64,000 nt of DNA, taken from assembly GCA_951813395.1 (NCBI GenBank), contig OX638356.1:349340-413339 (forward strand), read 5' to 3'. Shown here piece after piece: positions 9,188 to 19,391 of this stretch. The stretch is from Longimicrobiales bacterium. Its GTDB lineage: Bacteria > Gemmatimonadota > Gemmatimonadetes > Longimicrobiales > Gaopeijiaceae. The notes under the pieces were generated by a model, which worked only from the letters and a program-made list of their open reading frames with translations, was not told the origin of the DNA and did no database searches. A program made the position numbers and the translations under genes. Position 1 is the stretch's first letter. Each line of letters opens with the position of its first letter.

Positions 9188-10345
9188 ATGGACTCACGCA
9201 TCGCGGAGCGGGCCGATCCCGTCGACATGACGCGCAGGCTGGTTCGCACGCCGTCGGTCAATCCCGGCCTGGAAAAAGGCGGTGCGGGCGAAGCCGCCGT
9301 GGCCGAACTGGCGGCGGGCTGGCTTGCCGGCTGGGGATACGAAACGGCGATCACCGAAGTGTCGGCGGGCCGCTGCAACGTGGTGTCCCGCCGTGGAGGG
9401 GGATCGGGCCCGTCACTGCTTCTCAACGGCCACCTGGACACGGTCGGCGTGTCCGGAATGACCGAACCGTTTTCCGGCGCCCTGCGCGAGGGTCGCCTGT
9501 ACGGCCGTGGCGCAGCCGACATGAAGTCCGGCGTGGCCTGCATCCTGGCCGTGGCGGCCGAACTGGCGTCCGGGAACATCCCGGGCGAGTTGATCGTGGC
9601 GCTCACGGCCGACGAGGAACACGCGTCCATCGGCATGGATGCGCTGGTGGGGTCGGGAGTGGCGGCCGATGCGGCGGTCGTTTGTGAGCCCACCGGCCTC
9701 GCCGTCATGCCGGCGCACAAGGGATTCCTGTGGATCGACGTGCGCGTGGCGGGTCGTGCGGCGCACGGGTCCAGACCCGACGCCGGGATCGACGCGATCG
9801 CGCACATGGGCCACCTGCTGGTCGCGTTCGAGGAGGAGGCGGAACGCCTTGGCGGGGAGACCGGACATCCGCTGCTGGGACCGGCGTCGCTTCACGCGGG
9901 CACGATCCGGGGCGGGAGCGCGCCGTCGGTCTACCCGGATCGGTGTCACCTGGTCGTCGAACGGCGAACGCTCCCGGGCGAGACTGCGGCGACCGTCATG
10001 GACGAGACGGCGCGGGTGGTGGCGGCGGCCCGGCGGCGCTGCCCCGAGCTGGACGCGAGCGTCGAGCCGGGCCTCTTCCGCGCGGCTACGGAGGTGCCGG
10101 TCTCCTCATCGCTGGTCGACGGGCTCCGCCGGGCCTGCGCCCGCGCCGGACTTCCCGGCGACGTCCGGGGGATGTCGGCGTGGGTGGACGCCTGCTTCCT
10201 CAACGAGAGCGGCACCCCGGCCGTCTGCTTTGGACCGGGGTCGATCGCGCAGGCCCACACGGCCGACGAATGGGTGAGCGTGGCGGAGATCGAGACCTGC
10301 GCTCAGGTGCTCACCGACTTTTCGTGCCGGTTCCTGGCCGGGTGA
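9188..10345 (+). CDS. M20-family metallopeptidase (ArgE/DapE-like deacylase)
   Basis: LLLNGHLDTV, GRGAADMKSG and LTADEEHAS motifs typical of M20 peptidases. I place the start at the ATG at 9188 (MDSRIAERADP..). Confidence 0.85.
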   Translation: MDSRIAERADPVDMTRRLVRTPSVNPGLEKGGAGEAAVAELAAGWLAGWGYETAITEVSAGRCNVVSRRGGGSGPSLLLNGHLDTVGVSGMTEPFSGALREGRLYGRGAADMKSGVACILAVAAELASGNIPGELIVALTADEEHASIGMDALVGSGVAADAAVVCEPTGLAVMPAHKGFLWIDVRVAGRAAHGSRPDAGIDAIAHMGHLLVAFEEEAERLGGETGHPLLGPASLHAGTIRGGSAPSVYPDRCHLVVERRTLPGETAATVMDETARVVAAARRRCPELDASVEPGLFRAATEVPVSSSLVDGLRRACARAGLPGDVRGMSAWVDACFLNESGTPAVCFGPGSIAQAHTADEWVSVAEIETCAQVLTDFSCRFLAG

Positions 10346-10358
10346 GCCGGACGGGCGG

Positions 10359-10766
10359 TTACCGCGCCCGGCTCGTCACCACGATCGCGCCCCCGGGAAA
10401 GTTGGTCCCGTAGCGCATGGTGGCGTCCGAGGCGCTGAGATACCGTATCGACTCGATGTCCGAGACCGCGATCGCGCGCAGCGCGTTGTCGGGGTCGCCG
10501 AGCCGGGCACCGTCCTGCAGGACCTGGGGCCGGTTTGCGCCTGCGGTACCCTGACCGCGCCCCGTCAGCCAACGGGGTCGGAGACGCCGCACGACGTCGA
10601 GGGCCGAGAGCGTGGCGTATTCGGTCAGTTCCTCGGCGGTGATGAGGTTGGGATCCCGCCGCGGACCACTGGTGCCTCCTCCCGTGCTGGAACAGGCGGC
10701 GACGGCCGTCGCAAGGCCGAACGCGGCGATGAAGCTCAACGTCATTTGCGGACGATTCAGGCGCAT
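10359..10766 (-). CDS. Plug-domain-only lipoprotein (TonB-dependent-receptor plug-like, no barrel)
   Basis: Lipobox AVAAC. ITAEELTEYATLSALDVVRRLRP..VLQDGARLG..IESIRYLSASDATMRYG..GGAIVVTS matches the TBDR plug pattern by eye. AAGGAG lies 8 nt upstream of the ATG. Paralogs at 59466 and 33766. Confidence 0.7.
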   Translation of the reverse strand: MRLNRPQMTLSFIAAFGLATAVAACSSTGGGTSGPRRDPNLITAEELTEYATLSALDVVRRLRPRWLTGRGQGTAGANRPQVLQDGARLGDPDNALRAIAVSDIESIRYLSASDATMRYGTNFPGGAIVVTSRAR

Positions 10767-10863
10767 TCCTTACTCCTTTGTCGGCGGGAAGTGACCCCGG
10801 TGGCGGGGCCGCGGCCGGGACTTCCCCGGGCCGGACATTGTAAGTCTCCGGGGCCGGACGCTG

Positions 10864-12090
10864 TCAAGACGTGAGCGCGGGGAGAGGTATCCGCACGACG
10901 TACGGGACGTCCAGCTCGTCCAGAAACCAGGTATGGATGTTTCCATGGCGAACCCGCAGCGGCCCCTGCGGCCGGCCGTCCAGCATCAGGCGCATGGAAC
11001 CCAGGTAGTCGCCATCGTGCGTGAAGAGGTCGTAGAAGAACGGCGCGTCGCCGTCGGTCACGCGCTGGACCCAGAGCCGCCCGTCGGGATCCACGAAAAC
11101 GCTGCGCAGAATCGGCTTCACGTCGGGCATCAGGGCCGCGATGGCCTCGGCGGTGCGGCGGGTCTCCGGATCGCGCTCGACCATCTCGTTCACGAAGTCG
11201 GCGCGGTCCTCGTCCGTCACCGGATTGACGGGCAGGTCGGCTTCGAGCACCAGCACGGTGTCTCCGGCTTCGTCGGTCCGGACCATGCCGTACGAAGCCG
11301 TGTTTCCTTGCCATAGCCCTCCCGCGGGAATCACGCGCGCGAAACGGCCCCCCTCAAAGGGAATGCCCCGGTAGGACCAGCCGCCGCCCTCCTCGGAAAT
11401 GTACGAACGTCCCGAGTACTCCCCCGTATCGATGGAATCCGTATCCTCCGTGGCGGGGTCGTACCACTTGAGGTACGTGCGGCGGGTGGACTCGACCAGC
11501 CCGGCCTCCGGCGGCCAGCTCGGCTCGTCGTCGGAGTGGCTTGTGGGGCTCCACAGTCGTCCACGGCCGTCCCAGACCGGGTCCCAGATATACCCGTAGC
11601 CCCGCACGGGGAAGGGAAACCGGGTGACTTCGTCGCCCGCGAGGTTCACGCCGATGATGTCCATCTGGCCGTGGTCGTTGATCCAGAGCAGGCTGTCGCC
11701 CTGGAGAAAGATGCCGTTGGCCTCCCTGATCTCGCCCGGACCCTCGCCCTGCGACGCCAGCACTTCGACAAACCCGCCATCGGGTGCAAACGCCCTGATC
11801 TCCGAAGCCTGGTAGTCCAGCACGTAGATCGTGCCGTCGCTGGCGGCCTCGACGCCCCGTATGTCGCCGAAGATGTAGTTGGGGTCGCCCTCGAGGATGC
11901 CGATCTTCAGGTCGGCGTACGCGTCGGCCACCAGTGGAGCGGCAGCGTCAATGGGCGGGAGTGCCATGTACCGTATGAGCGGCGCGCCGTTGGGGAGTGT
12001 CTCGCGCACGACATTGGAGGCCGTGGAGGTCTCCGAAGCGCACGACCAGGAGGCGGAAACCGCAATAAGGACCGGGATTGCGCGCGACAT
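10864..12090 (-). CDS. 6-bladed beta-propeller (NHL/BF3164-like) lipoprotein
   Basis: Signal plus Cys (VSASWSC). Repeated blade motifs include GEGPGEI. Paralog at 60390..61562. Confidence 0.65.
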   Translation of the reverse strand: MSRAIPVLIAVSASWSCASETSTASNVVRETLPNGAPLIRYMALPPIDAAAPLVADAYADLKIGILEGDPNYIFGDIRGVEAASDGTIYVLDYQASEIRAFAPDGGFVEVLASQGEGPGEIREANGIFLQGDSLLWINDHGQMDIIGVNLAGDEVTRFPFPVRGYGYIWDPVWDGRGRLWSPTSHSDDEPSWPPEAGLVESTRRTYLKWYDPATEDTDSIDTGEYSGRSYISEEGGGWSYRGIPFEGGRFARVIPAGGLWQGNTASYGMVRTDEAGDTVLVLEADLPVNPVTDEDRADFVNEMVERDPETRRTAEAIAALMPDVKPILRSVFVDPDGRLWVQRVTDGDAPFFYDLFTHDGDYLGSMRLMLDGRPQGPLRVRHGNIHTWFLDELDVPYVVRIPLPALTS

Positions 12091-12203
12091 TGGGCCTTGC
12101 TCTAAGGGAGGAGTCGGCGAATGCTGTTCCTTCGATTGGACGAATCGAGAGGATACAATGGTTGTATCGGCGAAGTGACGCAGATGTTCCGAAAGGCGCC
12201 GTC

Positions 12204-12686
12204 ATGCACTACCTGACGCCCGACACCGCCCACGAGGCTCTGGGGCGCACGTTCGTGTCCGACTGGATCGAGGTCGGCCAGGAGCGTATCACCACGTTCG
12301 GCCACCTCACGGATGATCCGGATCCGCACCATGTGGACCCTGTGTATGCCGCGAAGCACAGTCCATGGGGCGGGACCATTTCCCACGGCTTTCTGACCCT
12401 GTCCCTGATGACCCCGATGTTGTACCAGGTCTACCGATACCGCATGGACGGCGGGCGCGAGGACGGGTATCCGGCCAGCTACGGCTTTGACAAGGTGCGA
12501 TTCGTGTCTCCAGTGCCCTCGGGATCGCGGATTCGCGGGCATTTTACCGTCAAGGAGGTCACTGAACGCAAGCAGGGTCAACTTAAGATTACCTTTGACT
12601 GTAGAGTGGAGATCGAGGGCGAGGAGAAGCCCGCGCTCGTGGGTGAATGGCTTTCGCTGTGGCTGACGCCGGCCGCGGAAGCGTGA
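12204..12686 (+). CDS. MaoC-like (R)-hydratase/dehydratase
   Basis: ..FGHLTDDPDPHHVDPVYAAKHSPWGGTISHGFLTLSL.. is a hot-dog fold MaoC/NodN signature. I place the start at the ATG at 12204. Confidence 0.85.
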   Translation: MHYLTPDTAHEALGRTFVSDWIEVGQERITTFGHLTDDPDPHHVDPVYAAKHSPWGGTISHGFLTLSLMTPMLYQVYRYRMDGGREDGYPASYGFDKVRFVSPVPSGSRIRGHFTVKEVTERKQGQLKITFDCRVEIEGEEKPALVGEWLSLWLTPAAEA

Positions 12687-12732
12687 CCCGCCGGAAGCTC
12701 CCGGGTGGGCGGGCGCGACCGGAGCGCGGGGA

Positions 12733-14334
12733 ATGACATCCGCGGCGCGCGGCTCCACGGTGCCCACCATCGCGACCCTTCTCGCCGAGCGGGCGAGGTC
12801 CCACGCCGACAAGTACTTCGGCCGCTTCCCGGAAGCGGATTTCACTTATGCCGGCTTCGATCGCCGCGTCCGGTCTCTGGCTTCGGGTATCAGGGCGTAC
12901 GGTATGGGCGGCGTGGTCCCGACGCTTCTGCCCAACTGCGCGGACGCGGTCGCGCTCTGGTTTGCCGCCAACCGGGCGGGGGCAGTCTGGGCGCCGCTCA
13001 ACACCGGTTTTCGCGGGATCGGCCTGGCGCACGCGATCAACCTGACGGGTTCTCGCGACCTGATTGTGGACCGGTTGCTGGTGGACCCTCTTGTTGCCGC
13101 CGCCGAACACCTGGAACACCTGGACAGGCTTTTCGTTCGCGGCCTTGACGACGAAGCGTCCCGGACCCTGTCACGATCGGGCCGTCGATTCACGGTGCTG
13201 CCCTTCGAGGCCGTTGCGTGCGCGGACGACGGCGCGTCGCCCCATTCCCCCCTGTCACCCGCGGACCCGTCGCTTCTGATCTACACGTCGGGAACGACCG
13301 GCGCGTCCAAGGCCTGCGAGCTGTCCCACCGCTACGTGCTGGGCCATTCCGCAATACTCGCCAGGGTCGCCCGGATGCACGCGGACGACGTGATCTTCTG
13401 CCCGTATCCCGTGTTTCACTGGGATGCCACGATCGGGACGGTGGGCCCGGCGCTGCACCTGGGGGCGACCGCGGTCATCACGGAGCGTTTCAGCGTTTCC
13501 CGGTTCTGGGAGGACGTGTGCAGGTACGGGGTGACGGTGTTCGACTTCATGGGCGCGACCCTGACCTTCATCCACAATCAGGATCCCCGCGAGGACGACG
13601 CGAACAATCCCGCGCGACTCGGATGGGGCGTCCCGATGCCGGCGTTCCAGACCGATTTCGAGCGGCGTTTCGGTCTCCGGCTTGCCGAGGGCTACGGATC
13701 GACCGAGTTGGGGGTGATCGTGTTTTACGACCTGGATGACGACCGTCCCGTCCCGCCGGGATCCTGTGGCCGGTGCCTTCCGGAGTTTCGACTGCGCATC
13801 CTGGACGACGACGGCCGGCCGCTTCCCCCGGGGCGCGTGGGCGAAATCGCGGCGAGGCCCGCGGCGGCCGACGACCGGCACCTGATGATGACGGGTTACT
13901 ATCGCATGCCCGAGGCGAACCGCGAGGCGTTTCGCGACGGCTGGTTCCACACGGGTGACCTGGGCCGCCTGGACCGGGCGGGCAACCTGTACTTCGAGGG
14001 TCGCAGGAAGGACGCGATCCGACGACGGGGCGAGAACATCTCCGCCTTCGAGATCGAGCAGGTGGTCGAGTCGCACCCGGCCGTCGTGGAGGCGGCGGCC
14101 TACGGTGTGCCAAGCGAATTCACCGAAGAGGACGTCGCCCTGGCGGTCGTGATCAAGGACGGATGCGAGCTGGGCGCGGACGAGATCCAGGAACATTGCC
14201 GGGGCCGGATGGCGCGGTACATGGTTCCGGATCATGTGCGCTTCCTGGACACCTTGCCCAAGACTCCCACGGAGAAGGTCTCCAAACGGCTCCTCCGCGA
14301 ATGGCATGTTCCCACGGCTGGATCGAATCGCTAG
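12733..14334 (+). CDS. AMP-dependent acyl-CoA synthetase/ligase
   Basis: AMP-binding motif LIYTSGTTGASKA, plus later GWFHTGDLG and PKTPTEKVSKR motifs. Confidence 0.9.
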   Translation: MTSAARGSTVPTIATLLAERARSHADKYFGRFPEADFTYAGFDRRVRSLASGIRAYGMGGVVPTLLPNCADAVALWFAANRAGAVWAPLNTGFRGIGLAHAINLTGSRDLIVDRLLVDPLVAAAEHLEHLDRLFVRGLDDEASRTLSRSGRRFTVLPFEAVACADDGASPHSPLSPADPSLLIYTSGTTGASKACELSHRYVLGHSAILARVARMHADDVIFCPYPVFHWDATIGTVGPALHLGATAVITERFSVSRFWEDVCRYGVTVFDFMGATLTFIHNQDPREDDANNPARLGWGVPMPAFQTDFERRFGLRLAEGYGSTELGVIVFYDLDDDRPVPPGSCGRCLPEFRLRILDDDGRPLPPGRVGEIAARPAAADDRHLMMTGYYRMPEANREAFRDGWFHTGDLGRLDRAGNLYFEGRRKDAIRRRGENISAFEIEQVVESHPAVVEAAAYGVPSEFTEEDVALAVVIKDGCELGADEIQEHCRGRMARYMVPDHVRFLDTLPKTPTEKVSKRLLREWHVPTAGSNR

Positions 14335-14422
14335 CATTCCACTTGGCCGTGCGCGGGGAACAGGGTCGCGATCGAACTGGTGGTGGCCGTCCCCGGGCTC
14401 AAGGGTCCCGTCCGGAGACGAG

Positions 14423-15031
14423 ATGCGGAAACCGCTCGCGACGCTCATTGCGCTGGGCTTGACGTTGATCCCCGCAGGGGTCGCTCAGGGCCAGCATGGC
14501 TTCGGGCTGATTGCCGGTGTCGGCCGCACCGCGTTCACCGGGGCCGGCTCCACCGACGTGCCCTGGAGGACATCCGCATTGGCCGGGGCGTTGGTCGAGA
14601 TCCCGACGGGCCGTATCCTGTCCCTGAGGGTGGAGATGTACATCGCCGGCAAGGGGTCACCACAGGTGCGAACGGGGTTGGGAGACGGCCTTCGTCAGGA
14701 CGTGCTGAAGCTCGCCTACCTGCAGCTCCCGATTCTCGTCCAGCTGCAGACTCCCGTGGGGGTGCCTCTCCGGTCACGCACTTTCCTGGGGGTGTCTCCC
14801 TCGGTGCCCGTCAGTTGCAGGGTGGCCAACCGGAGTTGTAGCGGAGTCGATCACTTCCACCTCGTTTCCTACGATTTCGGCATGCTGTTCGGCGTGGAGA
14901 TCGACTTTCGCGGGCTGGGAGTCGGGGCGCGCTACGAAGCCGGCATGACCTCCGTGCTGCCGGCGGCGACCGGCGGAGATGTGAGAAACGGGATGCTCGC
15001 GTTCACGATGAGATACTCGTGGGCGCGCTGA
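14423..15031 (+). CDS. Small outer-membrane beta-barrel protein (porin-family/OMP_b-brl-like)
   Basis: Signal peptide MRKPLATLIALGLTLIPAGVAQG, alternating-hydrophobic strands, and a terminal aromatic motif. Paralog at 39323..39949 (shared LSYVQLPLLVQLQ / LAYLQLPILVQLQ). Confidence 0.7.
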   Translation: MRKPLATLIALGLTLIPAGVAQGQHGFGLIAGVGRTAFTGAGSTDVPWRTSALAGALVEIPTGRILSLRVEMYIAGKGSPQVRTGLGDGLRQDVLKLAYLQLPILVQLQTPVGVPLRSRTFLGVSPSVPVSCRVANRSCSGVDHFHLVSYDFGMLFGVEIDFRGLGVGARYEAGMTSVLPAATGGDVRNGMLAFTMRYSWAR

Positions 15032-15743
15032 AGAACTCGGACAGGAAGTCCGTGGCCGGGCGTGCGGCCAGTTCTTCCGGCGACCCGCGCTGCACCACGC
15101 GTCCCGCCTCGAGCGCGTAGACGGTCGGCTGCCCCAGGGCCTGAATGTCGCGGACATCGTGCGTGACCACGATTGCGGGCACATCCCGTTCGGCGAGGTG
15201 CCGGGCGAGGTAGCCGCGAAACCGGCGCCGGGCGGCGGTGTCCATCGCGGCGAGCGGCTCGTCGAGGAGTAGCAGGTCCGGTTCGGGGAGAAGTGCCCGG
15301 GCCAGGGCCACGCGCTGCTTCTCGCCGCCGGACAGGTTGGGCGGAAGGCGTCGGGAAAGGTGGCCGCACCCGATCTGCGCGAGCACCTTCTCGGCGGTGG
15401 CCAGGCGGTCCGTCCGGGACGGTTTCGGGCGGGTCGCCGCGAGCCCGAAAGCGACGTTCTCGACGACGGTGAGGTGGGGGAACAGGCCGTAGCCCTGGGG
15501 CACGTAGCCGACGCGGCGTTTTTCCGGCGCGAGCGAGATTCCCCGGCCGGAATCGTAGAGGACCCGGTCGCCCACCCGTATGCGGCCGCCGGCGGGCTGG
15601 TAGGCACCCGCGATGACCCGCAGCAGCGTCGTCTTCCCGGAGCCGTTGGGGCCGATCACGAGCACCGGCGTGCCGCCGCCCTCGATGGTTGCGTTCAGAT
15701 CGAAGGAACCGGCCCGCGCCTCGACTCCGACCGACCAGTGCAC
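15003..15743 (-). CDS. modC: Molybdate-type ABC transporter ATP-binding protein
   Basis: Walker A GPNGSGKTT, signature LSGGEKQRV, Walker B LLLLDEP. Adjacent to modB and modA. Confidence 0.8.
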   Translation of the reverse strand: MHWSVGVEARAGSFDLNATIEGGGTPVLVIGPNGSGKTTLLRVIAGAYQPAGGRIRVGDRVLYDSGRGISLAPEKRRVGYVPQGYGLFPHLTVVENVAFGLAATRPKPSRTDRLATAEKVLAQIGCGHLSRRLPPNLSGGEKQRVALARALLPEPDLLLLDEPLAAMDTAARRRFRGYLARHLAERDVPAIVVTHDVRDIQALGQPTVYALEAGRVVQRGSPEELAARPATDFLSEFFSAPTSISS

Positions 15744-15748
15744 GGAGG

Positions 15749-16618
15749 TCAGGGTCCTCTGTTCGGCGGCGGGGGCGCGACCGCCACCGTTTGTGCCTGG
15801 GGCGCCGGACCCGCGCCGAATCGGCGGGCGAGCAGGGACGGCACCGTCCGGAGGGGCACCAGCAGGAGCGCGCTCGCCGCGGCCAGCACGAGGGCGAGGG
15901 CGACGGCGACCCGCGTGTCGGATTCGAGGGCGGTATAGATCGCCAGCGGCATGGTCTGGGTGGAGCCCATGAAGTTCCCGGCGAAGAACAGCGTCGCCCC
16001 GAACTCACCGAGCGCGCGGGCCCACGACAGGGCCGCGCCCACGACGAGGCCGGGGAGCGCCAGGGGGACGGCCACGCGGAAGAATGCGCCCGTCGGGGAC
16101 TGGCCCAGGGTCCGGGCGACGATGAGCAGGTCCTCGTCGACGCGCCGGAACGCGGCCGCCGCGGCCTGTACGTAGAATGGTGCGGAGACGACCGTCTGCG
16201 CGATGACCACGGCGGCCGTGGTGAAGGGGACCTGGACGCCCAGCGCCGACATGGTGGGTCCCAGCAGCCCCTGCCGCCCGAACGTCTGCAGGAGCGCGAT
16301 TCCCATGACGGCCGGGGGGATGACGATGGGGAGGTCGACCACGAGCTCCACGAGCCGGGTGCGCCGGGAGGCCCGGTTCGCAATCCACCAGGCGAGCGGG
16401 GTGCCCGTGACCACGACGATTACCAGGCTCGCGACCGTCGTGCGCGCGCTGAGCCACAGCGCGGGACCGAACAGGGGATGCCGCGCGCCCGCGGCGATGT
16501 CGGCGGGCGCGGAGGCGCCGGCCAGCGCGATCAGGGGGATTGCGAGAAGTGCCACCATGGGCAGCGCGGCCAGGAACCCCCACCGCCCCGCCGCCACCCC
16601 CCCGCCCGGCTGCCTCAT
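15749..16618 (-). CDS. modB: Molybdate ABC transporter permease
   Basis: CysTW/ModB-like permease (..[25 protein letters not shown]..). I place the start at the ATG at 16618, which overlaps the modA stop (ATGA). Confidence 0.8.
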   Translation of the reverse strand: MRQPGGGVAAGRWGFLAALPMVALLAIPLIALAGASAPADIAAGARHPLFGPALWLSARTTVASLVIVVVTGTPLAWWIANRASRRTRLVELVVDLPIVIPPAVMGIALLQTFGRQGLLGPTMSALGVQVPFTTAAVVIAQTVVSAPFYVQAAAAAFRRVDEDLLIVARTLGQSPTGAFFRVAVPLALPGLVVGAALSWARALGEFGATLFFAGNFMGSTQTMPLAIYTALESDTRVAVALALVLAAASALLLVPLRTVPSLLARRFGAGPAPQAQTVAVAPPPPNRGP

Positions 16619-17391
16619 CGCGCGGGCGCGGAGCCGGCCAGGAAGCCCCGGCGCGCCATGATGTCCTGGCCCGCCGGCGACGCCGCGAAGTCGATCCACA
16701 GCTCCGCGCCCTCCGGGTTGGCGGTCCCGGTGAGGGCGCCCATCAGGTAGTCCGCGCGCACGTTCACGTCGTCCGGCAGCGGGATCACGCGCACGCGCCC
16801 CGGGACGACATCGGTGCGGTACACGATCGCGGCGTCGGCCACGCCCAGCTCGACCTTGGCCCGGGCGAGCCGGACGTTGCTCTCCTCCGACGCGACGCTT
16901 CCCAGCACCGCGGCCTCGAAGTCCGCACCGTGCTGCCTGGCCGCCCTGCGAAGGGCCATGCGGGCGTATTGTCCCGCCGGGACGTGTTCGGTCCCGATCA
17001 CCAGGCGCCGGGCACGGGGAAGGTCGGCGAAGGCCGCGATCGCGGCGGGATTGTCGCGCGGCACGATCACCACGAGCTCGTTGCCCGCGAACCCCCGGCC
17101 ACCGCTGAGCAGGCCCCCGCGCACCAGGGCGTCGACATGGCGCTGGTCGGCCGATGCGAACACGTCGGCGCGCGCTCCCTGTTCGATCTGGAGCCGCAGC
17201 ACCTGGCTGCCCGCGAACATCGGCACCACGTCGATGTGCGGGTAGGCCCTTTCGAACGCTCCCGCCAGCTCCTGGAATGCTTCGGTCAGCGACGAGGCGG
17301 CGAACACCCGAAGCACCTCGCGCTCCGGTTCGCCACCGCCGCAACCCGCGACCAGGATCGACGCGAGGGCCGCCGCCCGCGCCGATCTCAC
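16615..17391 (-). CDS. modA: Molybdate-binding periplasmic lipoprotein
   Basis: Lipobox ILVAGC, then [22 protein letters not shown].., which is typical of ModA. The GTG start at 17391 overlaps the regulator stop (GTGA). Confidence 0.8.
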   Translation of the reverse strand: MRSARAAALASILVAGCGGGEPEREVLRVFAASSLTEAFQELAGAFERAYPHIDVVPMFAGSQVLRLQIEQGARADVFASADQRHVDALVRGGLLSGGRGFAGNELVVIVPRDNPAAIAAFADLPRARRLVIGTEHVPAGQYARMALRRAARQHGADFEAAVLGSVASEESNVRLARAKVELGVADAAIVYRTDVVPGRVRVIPLPDDVNVRADYLMGALTGTANPEGAELWIDFAASPAGQDIMARRGFLAGSAPAR

Positions 17392-18497
17392 GCGGCTTCC
17401 ACCGTGGTGACCTGGCCGCTCAGGGACCCGTCGTACCCCGGGAGGTGTTCCATTTCCGCCCGGAAATCCGGGTCGTCGAGCGTCTCGAGCAGCCGGGGGA
17501 CCGGTGGCTGCGCGGTGCTGTCGGCCGGGAGGACCAGGTCGAAACGCTCCTCCGTCAGGGGCACGAAGTCCAACCCCTCGGCCAGGGCCGCGCTCTCGAT
17601 CGCGATGCCGACGTCCGCCGCTCCCCAGTGCACCAGCCGTGCCACGTCGCGGTGGTTCGCCGCCAGGGGTCCGCTGTCCGGCACCTGCCCGCCCGCCTCC
17701 CCGGCAAGGCGCGCGGCGAGGTCGTGGGCTCCGGATCCCGGCTCGCGGCGAACGACGCGCAGCCCCTCGCGGAGCAGGTCGGCGCCCCCCTCGATTCCCA
17801 GCGGATTGCCCCCACGGACCACGAGGCCCTGGCGCCACCGCGTCAGGTTGGCCACGAGCAGCCGCCGGTCCGGAAGCGCGCGCCGGGCGGCTGCCGCCGC
17901 GCCACCATCGGGATCGTCGCTCGACAGGTGCAGGCCCGCGACGTGCACCAGCCCGGCACCGAGCAGCTCCATTGCGCGGCGGTTTCCCGCCGGCAGCCAT
18001 GTCACCCGTGCGTCCCGGAAACGGCGGTCCACCCGGTTTGCCAGCGCACCCAGGAGCGGCGCGCATCCGGCGACGAGAACGTTCCGGCGGAGCTGCGCTG
18101 TCGTTCCGAGCGGACGCACCATGACATCCGTGCCGTTGCTCTCGGAGGTGATGATCCCGTCGGCGGCACTGTTGGCGTGCGCGGGCAGCCGGTGCGCGAT
18201 CCAGCGGTCCCCGATGCGTGCCAGTGCGACGCGCGGCCCGCCGGTGTCCCCGTGGGTGGGCGGTGCAAGGCGAGCGGTGATGCCGCTGTCCGCGGCCAGC
18301 CGGAAGATTTCTTCGATCCCGCACCCCAGGGAGTAGGCGATGCGCAACGCGAGCCGCGTCGAAGGCACGTTGCGCCCTGCCTCAATCGCCAGAATGGCCT
18401 GTCGGGAGACCCCGACCTGCGCGGCCAGGGCCGTCTGCGACAGCCTGGCTTCCTTCCGCCTGCGCTTCAATTGGTTCTCGAATCCGTGCCGGCTCAT
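17388..18497 (-). CDS. XRE-family HTH regulator with C-terminal periplasmic-binding-protein-like (molybdate/tungstate-type) domain
   Basis: N-terminal [37 protein letters not shown] (HTH_3), followed by a ~290-aa PBP-like domain. AGGAGAG lies upstream of the ATG at 18497. It heads the modABC operon. Confidence 0.75.
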   Translation of the reverse strand: MSRHGFENQLKRRRKEARLSQTALAAQVGVSRQAILAIEAGRNVPSTRLALRIAYSLGCGIEEIFRLAADSGITARLAPPTHGDTGGPRVALARIGDRWIAHRLPAHANSAADGIITSESNGTDVMVRPLGTTAQLRRNVLVAGCAPLLGALANRVDRRFRDARVTWLPAGNRRAMELLGAGLVHVAGLHLSSDDPDGGAAAAARRALPDRRLLVANLTRWRQGLVVRGGNPLGIEGGADLLREGLRVVRREPGSGAHDLAARLAGEAGGQVPDSGPLAANHRDVARLVHWGAADVGIAIESAALAEGLDFVPLTEERFDLVLPADSTAQPPVPRLLETLDDPDFRAEMEHLPGYDGSLSGQVTTVEAA

Positions 18498-18538
18498 GGC
18501 ATCTCTCCTGTCGGCTAAAATGGGACCGGGCCGCCACA

Positions 18539-18558
18539 ATGTAACGTCTACATTACAT
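18539..18558. promoter_or_regulatory. Candidate operator: palindrome ATGTA-ACGTC-TACAT followed by a second TACAT
   Basis: AT-rich palindromic element 40-60 nt upstream of the regulator/mod operon start. TACAT matches the TAYAT half-site reported for E. coli ModE (recalled from the literature). Confidence 0.35.
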
Positions 18559-18647
18559 AATGGAAACTATAGTTGACTTTTTCGGGACAGCTGGAGATAG
18601 GGCCCGAAGAGGGAGTGCCTGCTTCGCCCGGCGCCGGACTGCGCCGG

Positions 18648-19301
18648 CTATGCCATGTGGGGGCGAATCGCCTGCGCGAGGGAGACCTCGATGTCCCACA
18701 CCGCCGCGGTTACCGCGCGGCCGATGAGGTCCATCTTGCGGATCAGCTCGATGCGCGGGAGCACCGCGCGCAGCTCGCGCTTCGAAAGCAGCTCCGCGAA
18801 GATGCCGCAGGCGTCGGCCAGGCCGATCATCACGACGTCGCGAGGCGTGGGAACGATGTCGCTGAAGAGAACTTCCATGAGGCGGAGCTTCACCTCACGC
18901 TCCGCCTTGCCGTCGATTACGGGGTAGCGCCGGGACCGGAAAACCCAGAGGAAACGGTCCTCGCGGCGCTCCAGGATCCCGCGTTCGATGAGCCTGTCGA
19001 TCGCCGCCTCGCGAATGCCGTCGGACATTCCGGAAGCCCGCTCCACCCAGAACCGGGCGTCGCGCTGCTGCTCGTGCGCGGCGATGTCCGCCAGCACCGG
19101 ATCGAGGATCGCGTCGTTCAGTGGCGTCGGATCGACGAGGACCAGCTTCTCCATGTCGGTGTCGATCCGGTCTTCCAGCGCCAGATCCATGAGAACCGCA
19201 CCGCCGAGCGCGTACCTCAGGGACCAGTCGGGCACCCGGATGAACCTCTCCTCCTCGTCGTCGAGGAGGAGCAACATGACCTCTTCCGCGAATCTCAGCA
19301 T
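18648..19301 (-). CDS. GPP34/GOLPH3-like family protein
   Basis: 217-aa ORF. MLRFAEEVMLLLLDDEEERF..LRYALGGAVLMDLAL..RI is typical of the bacterial GPP34 family. Confidence 0.75.
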   Translation of the reverse strand: MLRFAEEVMLLLLDDEEERFIRVPDWSLRYALGGAVLMDLALEDRIDTDMEKLVLVDPTPLNDAILDPVLADIAAHEQQRDARFWVERASGMSDGIREAAIDRLIERGILERREDRFLWVFRSRRYPVIDGKAEREVKLRLMEVLFSDIVPTPRDVVMIGLADACGIFAELLSKRELRAVLPRIELIRKMDLIGRAVTAAVWDIEVSLAQAIRPHMA

Positions 19302-19391
19302 GGTTCTCGGTTCCCTGGGGTGAATCGCCCGCCCGGGCGCTGCCGGGAATCCCGGGAGCGTTCCGTCGCGAGGAGTGTCGCGCCGACTCCC

